DNA from: Azolla caroliniana
Taxonomy: Eukaryota; Plantae; Polypodiophyta
Length of the DNA: 64,000 nt
Direction of reading: 5' to 3'
NCBI GenBank assembly: GCA_043228905.1
Contig: JBHGNT010000009.1
Span: forward strand, 4,030,001-4,094,000
Below are positions 25,101 through 37,535 of the stretch, piece after piece. The stretch's first letter is position 1. Every line of letters begins with the position of its first letter. Both the position numbers and the translations under genes were made by a program. The notes under the pieces are model-generated. The model had not been told where the DNA came from, did no database searches, and saw only the letters and a program-made list of their open reading frames with translations.

Positions 25101-28065
25101 AAACAAGTTTTTATGATGTGTCAAACTGAATACATATTTACGTATATGGGCCATAGCACATATATGCATAATAATTCCTATACATAAATAGAAATACAAG
25201 GTACATTTAACATACACAAGGAGACATACATTGCAGATTATTTATGTAAGTACTTAGGTTATCTTCATTAATAGAGAGATGAGTCATGACTGAAGGACAA
25301 TTGTTTTGGAATCTGGATTTCAACTTATAAATTGCATATGAGAGACTAGAATTCAATAAAAGATGAAATGTGTGTACCACAAGTCTTAGGATAATACCTT
25401 GAATAAAATGGCACGATGTCGGCACACTCCATATGGAAGAAGCCCAAGTGGTATGACATTTGATTGCCTTTGAATTTTAAGTAGTTTTACAGATGCTTCA
25501 CAAAGCATATGAACACTAGGGATGTTATTTTCAATCCTGTTGATATTTTGCCCACTTCTTGATCTGTGCAAAGCACCATTGCTACAAGAGCATAAGAAGG
25601 GAATGCCTGGTCTACCTCCAAGAACACCCCTACGGGCATGTGAAACATTCAATGTTTTGTCACTTCCACCAAAACAATCCGAAACAAAAAGAGAGAGCAT
25701 AACAGCTTTCTGATATTCTGTCAGTCCAGAATGTCCCCCTTTCCCATGATGCCCAGCTAGATCCAGTCTAGCAAGAAAGTTCTGAGCTGAAAGCGCTATC
25801 ACATCCAAATCCTCATCATGTTCTCTGTAAAGTGAACAAAATAAGATACAAATTTATTCATGTTTAATGAGCATTCTGGACTAGCAAACTATCAACCTTG
25901 AACCCAAGGGAAATCTCTATTTACAGTACCACCAATACCTGTCAACTAGAATAACTTCACGAGACTCCAAGATTTCATGTTGGCTTTCCAACGCCTCCAA
26001 TGTACAAAATGGATGTTCTCGGCCAGCATCATAAAAACCATCTTGCAATGGTTCATCCAAACCAATCAAGGACTGAGTTCGATATGCATATGATGCTCCT
26101 GAATAAGCTTGTACAGACTTCCTCCTTTTCATAGGTTTTGGATTCTCAAAACTACTACCTTTGCGTCTGTTATGTGTTAACCCACTATGAAATCCTAGGT
26201 TGGACGTGAAGACTTCAACATTTTCCTTCAATAGAATTTCTGCACTTCCAGTGCTCTGTTCTAGGTTATTCCTCTCTCTACTCATAACCTGAGAAGAATT
26301 GCAATCACCTTTCTCTGTTGGAAGAAGCCCATCACTCTTTGGACTACTAATGCAATTCTCAAAACCTGAATCTGATGTGCTTTCATATTCCTTAGAAACT
26401 GAATTTTCTATGTCCCCACCCTCAGAAAGCTTTAAATCAGTATCCCTGCTAGGAACCTCCAACTTAGAGTCATTGCTCATTGCAGTTAGAGAGCTTCTCT
26501 CCGTTGTACCAATTTGCCTTGATGCTGTTTCTCTCACCAAAGCACAATCTTTTCCGTCTTTGGTTGAGCTGCTACTAATATCAACCTTTGTTTTCCTACT
26601 CAAATTCAGCCTATCTTGTCTGGCTTGCAATTGCTGAATCCCATGCCTCTTCCATAAATGTTTCTTTCTGCCATGCCCTGGATTCTTAGGGACATTAGCA
26701 TCTTTGGAATAGAGTGTCGCAGGAGTAGGGGATGAAAACTCGTCTCCTAAAGAGCATATTAAATTATAATCATACTTATACTCAAGTATATAGGCAAAAC
26801 AGAGTATCATACGGAATGCAGCTTTGAAAGAATATACTCACCCTCTTCCGTGGATGGTAGCAAATCAGAATCAATTCCACTGCTTTGGTCACTGGAAGAT
26901 GCAGTGTCTTGATATGATGTAGGATTTCCCTCAAAACTGCAGGTAATCCATTCTGGAATCTCACAACTACCTCTAAGTTTATTGAACTGCAAGAAAGAAA
27001 TCAAGGACCAGTAATCAATAATGTGAGAAAACTATTTAAAACTTAAAAGCCATCATATTTTTGTAAAAACCTTTGCATTTAGAGCCCTTAATGATGTCAT
27101 AGAAGACAGTCCCAATGACTCGAGTGAAGTTAATTTGTTGTGAGCGACATCAATTGAACTCAATTTTGGTAGGCAGGCTAAGCCAGACGGAAGCTCAGTT
27201 AACTTATTGTTTTCAGCTCTCAAATGTCTCAATGATATTAAACTTGAAATTTCACTAGGAAGTGTTTTCAACTTATTGAATGATATATCCAGCTCCTCCA
27301 AATTCTTTAACCGCCCTATCTCGGGAGGTAGAAACCTACACACATATACAATGCTCATTTTTAAGATCCATATCAATATGAAAAAGCATAAAAAATTTCA
27401 AAGAAACGAATGACGTTATATATATTAACTTACGATATTCCAAAGTTGCAAATAGCAAGCCTGGTGAGAAGTTGCAGCTTTGAAATTTCAGGTGGAATGG
27501 ACAAAACTGAGGGCCGAAACGGTGTTTGATGAAGCTCAAGTGTCTTTAAAGAGTTCAATTTGCTGAGAGACGGCAAGTTTCCCAGTCCAGAAGTGCAAAC
27601 CTTCATTTGTAAATGTTCCAAATGAATAATATTGCTTATCTCATCTGGTAGCAATCTTACTTCATTTGAGAAGATTTTCAAGGTTTTTAAGTTATTTAAC
27701 CTGCTTATCGACCTTGGCAATATTGTGAATGTGTTGTCATATACATATAAATCCTTCATATGTGAAACCCTGGAGTTCCCTCCTATGTATGAATTCAACG
27801 AAGATATAGAATGCCCATTTGGCGAAACATCCACAACCCAATCATCACCCGCATCTTCATCAAGAATGGGATTAGTACCCTCATTTTGATTGCTAGGATT
27901 AGATTCAGGCTTCTCTTTAAATTCATCCATTTCCTCTTGCACGTCTTCTCTAGAGTGATCATCTTCCCATGACCTATTTTGTTTGATTTCTTTGTTAGCA
28001 CCATTGTCTTCATTCTTTCTCATAAGCGAATCTTTTTTTTGTGATGCACTATTGCTGTCATCCAT
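19159..28065 (-). CDS. Intracellular LRR + EDR1-like (transglutaminase/peptidase-like) + Ser/Thr kinase protein, architecture like Arabidopsis At1g04210; exons 28065-27434, 27335-27071, 26986-26842, 26746-25939, 25824-25398, 23057-22882, 20962-20797, 20714-20508, 20437-20084, 19720-19619, 19530-19159
   Basis: All 10 introns are GT-AG with consistent phases, giving 3654 nt (1217 aa plus stop). N-terminal LRRs (LPPEIGRLKNLEELDISFNKLKTLP), EDR1 motifs DGFYDAGR and GVCRHRAILFKYLCD, kinase motifs GSGASG, VAAK, HRDVKSSN, GTPRWMAPE and DMWSFG. Confidence 0.92.
21329..21879. mobile_element. MITE-like insertion in a kinase intron
   Basis: Short terminal inverted repeat ggcaatg...cattgcc and many subterminal AACC/GGTT motifs. 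No coding capacity; TSD unclear. Confidence 0.5.
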
Positions 28066-28493
28066 ACTGAAGCCGAGCGCATAAATTCAGTAAAAATATG
28101 AAAAACTCACACATTGCAATATAAAGCAGCTCTTGAAATCGTGATGATTTGAATAGATTCAGAATTGTCCACTTGTTTTCCGGTTCAAATCAATCAATCC
28201 TTAAATATGAGTTCTAACTTAAAAGCTACTGATTCAACATTTTCTTTGTTAAAAAATATGAGCTCGGTGCTGTGTTAAATCCACTCTGTCTCGGTGACTT
28301 GTTTTCAATTAAACCCTAAATGTACAAATTAATTTGTCAAAAACCTTATCTCTTAGAAAATTTCTTCAGAGATCCCTGTAAAATAAGAAAGGATGAAACA
28401 ATAAGTTAAAAAACGGACGTAAGAAAAGTAGGCGTACCAGATCAGAGAGAACATTATCAGGTCAAAAATGAATAAACCTCTCGAGTTTGTTCT

Positions 28494-28548
28494 TTTAGGG
28501 TTAGGGTGAAGGTTAGGGTTAGGGTTAGGGTTAGGGTTAGGGTAAGGG
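28494..28548 (+). repeat. (TTAGGG)n telomere-like array / telo-box cluster in the 5' leader region of the kinase gene
   Basis: tttagggttagggtgaagg followed by five ttaggg units. Confidence 0.8.
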
Positions 28549-29236
28549 GTTGCAGAACAGAAGGCTGCACAGAGAAGCTTCTGTTTCACAAGAGTGTTCG
28601 AAGAAATTTTGTAAGTGAAAATTGTTTATGCTTTTGCGTTTGTTTTCTTCTTTTGTTTTGGTTCTCGGACTCCATCCATAGTCGACACATAAATAGACTC
28701 CTATTTCTCTACAACTACAAATTTGGCCCTTAATTTAGCAAATCTCTTGTGGACCCCACCCTAGGACTTGGTGTCCTCTGGTTGGTGGGTATGAACAATA
28801 CACATAGGATTCCATACATAATAATATAGAGAGAGAGAGAGAGAGATGTCAAAGACACATAGCACCCTCTTCTCTCTCTCTAACTCGCTCGCTTTTCACC
28901 TTCTGCTTGAACCCCCTTACCTTGTCTGTGTTCGGCTCCGCCTAACCCCCTTCATGTCAGTTGTTCTATGCTTTTAAGACACTGTTGCACACTCTTCGTT
29001 TACCGGAACTCGCCTTCCGTTTTGAACCCTACCTCCTTGATGAACTATACAAATAAAAACCGAGTTATTATCGTCCATGGATATTGAAAGTACGATACAT
29101 GTATATGTTCGTCATAATATTCTCCTTATTTGCCTACATTCGCCTTCAATTTAAACCCTACTTTTTTGTTTGGATTGTTCCAGCCGAATAGTTATTGTAA
29201 GTTCAAGCTAGACATTATGCATTCGGTCTTTGTTTG

Positions 29237-29752
29237 TGTTGAGAGACAAGCTCAACATCGGCCGGTTCGGCTGAAGAAGCCAAGGACTGGATCGGTTGGG
29301 ACCAATCGGCTAGGCCGAGTGCGTAAACCGGGAGGTCGTTAGGAAAGATATTCCGTAAGGAATATATTTGGGAGTTAGTGTAGGAGCTCTTGATGAGCAT
29401 TGAAGTACTGTCAGTACTTCGGTCAGTCCTTCTAGGGCTTGTATAAAAGTGTTCACTGAGCACGTCTTATGTACAGACTGAGTATTGTTGTTGAATATAG
29501 TTTTTTGTGTCTTCTCTCTCACTCTCTCTGTCTCTCCCGCGTATACCGTGTAAGCTCAAGCTCTCCATTAAACCTGAGTTTCCTTCCTTCTGTTCGGTCT
29601 GAGTATTGTTGTTGAATATAGTTTTTTGTGTCTTCTCTCTCACTCTCTCTGTCTCTCCCGCGTATACCGTGTAAGCTCAAGCTCTCCATTAAACCTGAGT
29701 TTCCTTCCTTCTGTTCGGTCTTCATACTTGCTTCCGCACGTTGCTTTCTACA
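29237..29752 (+). repeat. 5' LTR of Copia (516 bp, includes a 121-bp tandem duplication)
   Basis: Matches 34645-35039 apart from the duplication and about 4 substitutions. Confidence 0.95.
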
Positions 29753-29824
29753 TGGTATCAGAGCGCGAGGGTTGAGAACCTCTCTGCAGCCGACACAGCT
29801 TGACGAAGAAGAACGAGAAGAACG

Positions 29825-32800
29825 ATGGATAGAGGCATGGCGAGCTCGCTTCTAACAAAGAAGCTCGACAGAACCAACTACGCGTCTTGGTCCTACAAGA
29901 TACACCAGTACCTGCTCGGGCACGGCTACTGGAGTTATGTCGAAGGAGCTAATGACGCGGCACCGGAATCGACACACAGAAACTTCCCGTCGTGGGAGCA
30001 ATCGGTGAGCAGGGTATTGTACTGCTTCGCGTCATGTGTGGGCGAACAGCTATTGAGCTATGTTCGGGATGCAAAGACGCCGAAGGGTGCGTGGGAAAAT
30101 CTGAAGAAGATTTTCGCCGCGAGCACCACAGCCAGGAAGCTTCAGCTCCGACAGGAGTTGAGCAACCTACGACAACGCGACTTGTCGATGGCGGACTATA
30201 CCTCGAAGATCAAGGATATCTGCGACTCCCTCGCCTCCATAGAGGTGAACATCGAGGAGAGCGAGATGGTCCAGATCTGTCTCGGAGGTTTGGCGTCGAA
30301 GTTCGGAGCGTTCCAAACGGTTGTGCGTACCCGGGAGAATACGCCGTCCTTTTTCGACTTACAGTCGATGCTCCTGGTAGAGGAGAACCACGCGGGTGCG
30401 TCGACGAGCACGCACACCGATAGCAAGATGTTGTACACGGAGGGAGAAAGGCCCCGTGGTCGTGGCAGACGAGGCGAGTCGGTACGCAATGGAAGCGGCC
30501 GACGAGATCAAGGAAGATGGCACCGAAGTGATGCCGACCGCAACTCCGGACCCTCCGGAAACAGAGGGAGTCGAAGCGATGAGAACCGGCAAGGGAAGGC
30601 CATCGCTGAGTGCTGGTACTGTGGCAAGAAAGGCCACAAGGAAAGTGAGTGCTGGAAGAAGCGCGCCGATTCGGAGAGAATCGGTTCCGGAAACGGCTCC
30701 GGACATACCGACAAGGGAAATCGGCAGCGATCACACTACACCCAAGACTCTGGGAGAGTCGGAGAAGGGTCTGTCTTCGTGACGAGACACAAAGCAAACT
30801 CAATGAAACAAAGCACCCCGGGATCGGACGAGGTGTGGTACGTAGACTCCGGCGCGTCAAACCACATGACAAGCCATAAGGAGTGGTTCTCGTACCTTGA
30901 AAAACCGATAGAACCTGGAGTAGTCGCAACAGGAGACGACAGTCTGCATCCGATCGCGAATGTCGGAGAAGTTCCCCTTAGCCATGTCGGGCAGAAAGGG
31001 AAACTCATGAACGTGTTGCACGTCCCGACAATCACGAAAAACTTGGTCTCGATCAGACAGATCGTCGACCAAGGGATGGAGGTTCGGTTTACACACCTCG
31101 GTGCTTCATTGAGGAAGAAGGTCGTGTGATTGCGCAAGGGCGCAGAGACGGGAGGATGTTCATCCTCGACTCCACTGACGGTGGCACCGCAATGTTCGCG
31201 AAGGGACAAAAGACCGAGTCGGACATCGACTTGTGGCACAAGCGGATAGGCCACGTCAACCACCAACGGCTTCAAGATCTGCAATCGAAACAGGTAGTGT
31301 TCAGATTGCCCAAGTTTAGTGGCCGAAAGGCACAAGTTTGTGAAGCTTGCCAGCTCAGGAAGCAACACCGACTTCCTTTCCCCAACGAGCGGAACCGGAG
31401 CCGGAACAAGCTCGACCTTATACACTCCGATGTATGGGGACCGGCACAAAACGTTAGTCTTGGCGGGAGCCGATATTTCGTCTCCTTCATCGACGACCAC
31501 ACGCAGCACACGTGGATCTACCTCATTGAGAGGAAGAGCGAAGTCTTCGACTGTTTCCGGGACCTCAAAGGGTTCGTGGAAGCCGAAACGGGACGAAAGA
31601 TCAAGTGCTTGTGGTCGGATGGCGGGAAAGAGTACTTTTCCGGTCAATTCAACGGTTACTTACAACAAATGGGAATTCGCCGCGAATTCAGTTGTAGATA
31701 CACGCTAGAGCAGAACGGCGTGGCCGAGAGAAAGAATCGATCAGTTGTGGAAGCGGCACGGGCAATGCTGGAGGAGAAGAGCTTGCCCAAGTTCTACTGG
31801 GCCGAGGCGGTAAGGACCGCGGTATACATCCAGAACCGGATTGGAGACAAAGTGTCGGCGCACGAGCTATATTTTGGAACGAAGCCGAACTTGCGACACT
31901 TGAGGGTGTTCAGCAGCATTGCATATGTGCATATACCGAAGGAGAAAAGGAGGAAGTTGGACGCAAAGGCCGAGAAATGCATCTTGGTCGGTTACTCGGA
32001 CGAGCAGAAGGGTTATAAGTGCTATAACCCTCGCACCAAACAAGCGCGTGTCAGCCGCGACGTTGTGTTTGACGAGTCCGCGTCCTGGTACCTACCCCCG
32101 ACTACGAACCTCGACTCCAATCCGAGCTCTGACGATGAGGTCAGCAAGGCCGAGATGCCTCCGAATGAGCCCGAAATCGAGACCCACGAAGAGAGTCCGA
32201 TTTCACTCCGATTCAGTGGACCGATTGGACGACTGAGTTGGTACGACCAGTCCGATGAAGAGTCGGCGAGTAGTGGAGACTCGGCCGTGCATTCCCCGCG
32301 CAGGAGGCCGAGGAGACGGCTTACGTGCAAAGAGAAAGGGAAGAAGAAGGTGTCGGATTACGGCACGAAAAGGAACGAGTCAGACCGACGCGAGTCCGAC
32401 TCCGAGGGAACCGGTGACGGGTCTTTAAAGGTGAAGGCCGCGTCGACTGAGAAGGCCTCGACATCGGCTAATGTGAGATTACGCCGATCTACCCGCCAGA
32501 AGAATCCTGTTTTGCGGTTCGGATACAACGAGTACATGGCGCATCATTATGCGTACATGACCCGTGTAGCGGAAGTGCGTGAGCCGGAGAGCTACGCAGA
32601 AGCGGCGAAGGACGCGAATTGGCGCGCCGCGATGGAGGAAGAGATGCACACATTGGCGGAGAACGAGACCTGGGACCTGGTTGACGCACCAAAGGGTGTG
32701 AAGCTGATCGGGTGTAGATGGGTGTACAAAGTCAAGTACAACACCGATGGCTCGGTCAACCGGTACAAGGCTCGGCTAATGGCAAAGGGCTACGCGCAGA

Positions 32801-34155
32801 AACACGGCATCGACTACGATGAGACGTTTGCGCCGGTCGCGAAATTGACGATCGTCCGTGTTTTGCTCGCAGTAGCCGCGGCCAAGGGGTGGCACCTACA
32901 TCAGATGGATGTAAAGAATGCGTTCCTACAAGGTGACCTTGAGGAACAGGTGTACATGGTACAACCCCCCGGATTTCACTTTGGAACGAACTCCTCGGCA
33001 ATATGCCGACTGAAGAAGTCCCTTTACGGACTGAAGCAAGCCCCGCGTGCCTGGAACGCGAAGATCACGCAACAACTGCGTCGGTTGGGCTTCATCATGT
33101 CAAAATCGGACTCTTCCATGTTCATCCGGAAAGGTCGACTCGGACCGGTTAGTATTTTACTGTATGTTGATGACTTGGTCATCACCGGCGCCGACCTAGG
33201 TGAAATCGACCGCATGAAGCTCCAGCTTGCGGCATCGTTCGACATGAAGAATCTGGGGGACCTTCATTACTTCCTCGGGATCGAAGTGATCCGTACCCCC
33301 GAAGGCATATTGATCAGCCAACGTCATTACGTGTTGAGTATGCTCTTCAAACTCGGGATGGCCGATTGTAAGTTCGTCTCAACTCCTCTGGACAGAACCA
33401 TCAAGCTTCGTCCCGATACGGGAAAGGTATGCAACCCAACGAGATTCCGACAAATTGTCGGAAGCCTCATATACTTGACCATCACCCGACCCGACCTCAG
33501 TTATCCGGTCGGGGTGATCAGTCAGTTCATGGCGCGACCTACCGAGGAGCACCTTTAGTGTGCGCAACGCGTACTTCGGTACGTAAGCGGCACTAAGGAC
33601 CGCGGACTGTTATATCGGACCGGTGTAGCCGCGCAATTAGTCGGCTACACCGATGCTGATTGGGCTAGCAACGTCGCCGATCGTCGATCCACGTCCGGAT
33701 ACGCGTTCTCCCTCGGGAGTGCCGCGATCGCGTGGAGCAGTAAGAAGCAGCCGACAGTTGCACTGTCGAGCACCGAAGCTGAGTACCGAGGAGCGGCTGT
33801 CGCGACATGCGAAGCCATATGGTTGAAGCGACTTCTTAAGGACCTGCAAGAGGAGGTGTCAGATCCGACGACGATCTATTGCGACAACCTCAGCAGCATC
33901 GAACTCGCGAAAAACCCCTTCTTCCACGCACGGACCAAGCACATTGAGGTGCACTACCATTTCGTCTGTGAGCGTGTCCTTTCCGGTGAAGTCGAACTTC
34001 AGTACGTTCCGACGGATCGGCAGGCTGCCGACATCTTCACCAAGCCTCTTGGTCTGGACAAGTTGCGGCAATTCTCAGGTGCGCTCGGGTTGCGTCACCT
34101 TGATGTGCTGAACTTGAGGGGGAGAACAGTCTCGAACGACCAAGCAAGGCGGTAG
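29825..34155 (+). pseudogene. Copia gag-pol polyprotein with one frameshift (~31100) and one in-frame stop (33556-33558)
   Basis: Zinc knuckle CWYCGKKGHKESEC, protease WYVDSGAS, integrase HSDVWGP and QNGVAER, RT YVDDLVITG, RNase [14 protein letters not shown]. Confidence 0.93.
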
Positions 34156-34644
34156 GAAAGGAGCGGGCACCGCGACACCGAGTCGGTTGACAAGTTCGAC
34201 ATCGGATCGGCTGAAGAAGCCGAGGGCGGACCCGCGGAAAAGTTCGAAAGCAGACAGAAGGGGAGCAACCGAAGGAGAGAGCCGAAGCCAACCACGCATG
34301 GGGAAGATGACGCCATCGAAGGCGAGAAGACCGAAGACAAGTTGGAGACAGCCAACTCGGACGAGAGCGAAAACCGATCGGAGGTAGCCGAGTCGGTTCG
34401 GATGTTTGATTCAGACATGTTGAATCAACCGAGGCCCAAGCGGAAGAAAAGGCAGCAGAAGAAGTGTCGACACCGCAACAACAGAAGAGCTGATAAGGGC
34501 CGCATGAGCAGACGAGCCGACCGGAAGGGTCGAAGCGCGCGGAATCGGACAGGTCGAGGAGTGTGAGCGAGGCGTGAAGCCAGGAGGAACCGGAGCTGTG
34601 AGCCCGAGGATCCCGAAGAGCCTCGAGTTGAGCTTGAGGGGGAG

Positions 34645-35039
34645 TGTTGAGAGACAAGCTCAACATCGGCCGGTTCGGCTGAAGAAGCCGAGGACTGGAT
34701 CGGTTGGGACCAATCGGCTAGGCCGAGTGCGTAAACCGGGAGGTCGTTAGGAAAGATATTCCGTAAGGAATATATTTGGGAGTTAGTGTAGGAGCTCTTG
34801 ATGAGCATTGAAGTATTGTCAGTACTTCGGTCAGTCCTTCTAAGGCTTGTATAAAAGTGTTCACTGAGCACGACTTATGTACAGACTGAGTATTGTTGTT
34901 GAATATAGTTTTTTGTGTCTTCTCTCTCACTCTCTCTGTCTCTCCCGCGTATACCGTGTAAGCTCAAGCTCTCCATTAAACCTGAGTTTCCTTCCTTCTG
35001 TTCGGTCTTCATACTTGCTTCCGCACGTTGCTTTCTACA
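34645..35039 (+). repeat. 3' LTR of Copia (395 bp)
   Basis: Direct repeat of the 5' LTR, preceded by the PPT. Confidence 0.95.
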
Positions 35040-35503
35040 GTTTGCTTAAAACTTGCCTTCCATCTTAACCCCAACTACCTTTTGTTGTATGTATGGCTGG
35101 ACTAGCCGCAACACAGGTGTCTATCCGACACTTCTCCAAAGGGGTGGTAGGGATAGGATGTTAATACACGCGTATGATAATTACACTTAAGCACAGACGA
35201 AGACAAGATTAATCAGCATAAGCAAAACTATATTAATTCTTCGCCCCTTCATTACAAAACATCGGATCCTTTTATAGGCATCCGGCCAGATTACAATCGG
35301 TGCTTGATAAGCAACCGTTAACCGAAACCGAATCGGTTCGGATCCGGATCGGTTACAACTACCGGATCCGTCCCTCCTAATAATTCTATTCCTATTTCTA
35401 TATTTATCCGATCCGACCTTGCTTTCCCATTTGCCTTCTCTGACCGGCCAACACATGGCACGCCCGTGGGAAAGTGCATTGCACTTCGAACCCACAGCCG
35501 GCT

Positions 35504-37535
35504 TCAGTCTTCCTCCAAATTATCCAGCAAACTCCGCTCAGAGGTTTCAAGTGTTGTTTTGCCTGTGCCGTCTCCGACTTCCGATTGGATTGGCTGCCTT
35601 TTCGCATCTTGCTGCTCCGACTCTGCTTCTACCGGTAGTACCGGTGTTTCTTCTGTATCCTGTCCGGGTCTGTCCTGCTCTACCTCCGTTCCGTTCCCGG
35701 TATCGCTCTCTCCGGTTTCCACTGGTTGTGTCCTTTCCTCCCCGGATTCGGTACTTCTCTGTCTCCACTCTGCATCATCCCCGGCATCAACCTGCTCTTG
35801 CTCCGGAAGTTCTTCCTCGGGTAATTCTTGTCGGGGTGCATTGTTGGTTGGGTCCTCTTCAGCCGATCGCTCGCCCTCACTGATGGAGATCGGCGTTGTG
35901 TGTCCCTCGGCTTCCTGTCGCAGTCGGTCCTTCTCGTACCCTTCCAATTCTAGTTGGGTTTCGAGCTGTCCGTCATCCAACCTCTCTACTAACCCTCGGA
36001 TTTCCTTGAGATGCTCTTCTGCTAGAGCATAGAAATCCTCCGACAGTTCTTCCCGGATGTTGACGATACTTTCTTCGTCCATTTTATAGAACCCATCTCC
36101 GGTTTTCTTCCGATTCTCTGCATCAGCTCGGAGTATCTGCAGTTCAGCTGCCTGTTGTGCCCATTCCCTCCAGAGCTTCTCCGTGCTTTCATTTATGCTG
36201 GCCTGAGCTCGGGTACTCCAACTTGACATGATGAACTTAATTCGGCCAACCCCTGCTTTAGCCTGTTCCGAAGCTGCTTGTTTTTCCTTCCTTATCCGTT
36301 TGATGATGTCGGCCATTAACTGAGCTTGAGCTTCAGAGTCGACTTTTTGCTTGTCACAGGCACTCCGCCATTTGTTGATTTCGAAAGTCGACTTCACTTT
36401 TTCCTCGTTCCAACTCTTTGTCAGCTCCCCTACTTTCTGCCGAAGTACTTCCATCTCTTTTCTTTGTTCCGACGTCAAGGTCTTCTCCACCGATACTTCC
36501 TCCCTTGCTTTGGACAATTCCAAGCGGTTTTCCTTGAGCTGCTCTTTCAGCTTTTCTATCTGTCGGTCGTACGTTGCTGCCTAATTCTTGATGTCCGACG
36601 TGGCCTGTTTATAATCCTTACATAGTCGGTCGAATTCCTCCGTCTTCTGTTTTAGGCGTCGGTTCGCCTGATCTCGCAACCGATCATCCCGGTCCTTTTG
36701 TTGTCGGAGTTCCTCTCGCAACCGCTCAATTTCCTGCTCCATTCGTCGGCGCAGCCTATCTTTTTCCTTTTGCAGTGTCCCGTTTTCTTCTTGTAGTCGG
36801 TCATTAGTGGCTTTGCTTCGGCGAAGGCCTTCCTCCATTCGCCGTCTGTCGTCTTCTACCAACTTCCGCTGCTCTCTTTCGTTATCTCTCAATGCCTCCT
36901 GAGCCTGTAATTCTTCTTTCAAAGTTGCTATTAACTTCTCGGTCTCAGGGCCGGTTTGCAAGGCCTTCTCCGTTTGTGGTTCGGCTTGCTTTTCTGATGT
37001 CCCGACCGGCTCGGTGCCATCTTGTGCTTGTCGGCTGCCTTCTTTTGCCTGTGCTAGCTCTTCTTGCAGCTCATGTAATTGTGCCCGGAGCATGACCATA
37101 TCCTTAGTCGTCGTCCTAGTCACTTCTTCTCTTAGCTCCTCCTCTTTCTCCATCTGGTCTGCTACTCCCGACAACTGCCCTGACAACCACCTTAGCCATT
37201 GTGCCTTTGTTCTGCCTTCGTTGGTGTCAGCAGGCGTGCCTAGCTCCGGCTGTTTTTCCGGCTGTTTCTCCGGCCTCTTCTCTTGTTCCGGCGCTTGTTC
37301 CTTTCTTTGTTCCTCAAACTCCGCCGCCGTCGGTTCCGGTACTGCCGTCTTTGGTGCAGACGGACCTTCATCCTGTGTCGCTTCTGTTCCGGTTACTGGA
37401 GGCGGTTCTTTTGCCCGTTGCTGAGTTCCGTCCGCTGTTGGGGTCGGTCTTGTCGCTCGTTTCTCCTTTTTCCCATGTTTGGGGAAGGGGCATTCCCCGG
37501 CGGTTGTCCTCGGTTTTTCGGTTCTCCGGGGTCGC
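35504..37535 (-). CDS. Long Glu/Arg/Lys-rich coiled-coil ORF of unknown function, one internal TAG at 36581-36583
   Basis: ORFs 36581-37186 and 35504-36523 are in the same frame across a single TAG. The frame stays open upstream into the gag 3' end (+1 relative to gag). Confidence 0.65.

Larger units (their letters stand above)
29237..35039 (+). mobile_element. Full-length young Ty1/Copia LTR retrotransposon
   Basis: TG...CA LTRs, 5-bp TSD GTTTG (29232-29236 and 35040-35044), iMet PBS tggtatcagagc at 29753, PPT gagggggag at 34636-34644, domain order gag-PR-IN-RT-RH. Confidence 0.97.

Noticed and set aside
31090-31130. Possible programmed frameshift in the Copia
   Set aside because: No slippery site; it looks like a 1-nt deletion, and Copia gag-pol is normally one frame
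29992-34930. Many overlapping and antisense ORFs in the Copia
   Set aside because: Shadow ORFs of GC-rich coding sequence with no recognisable motifs
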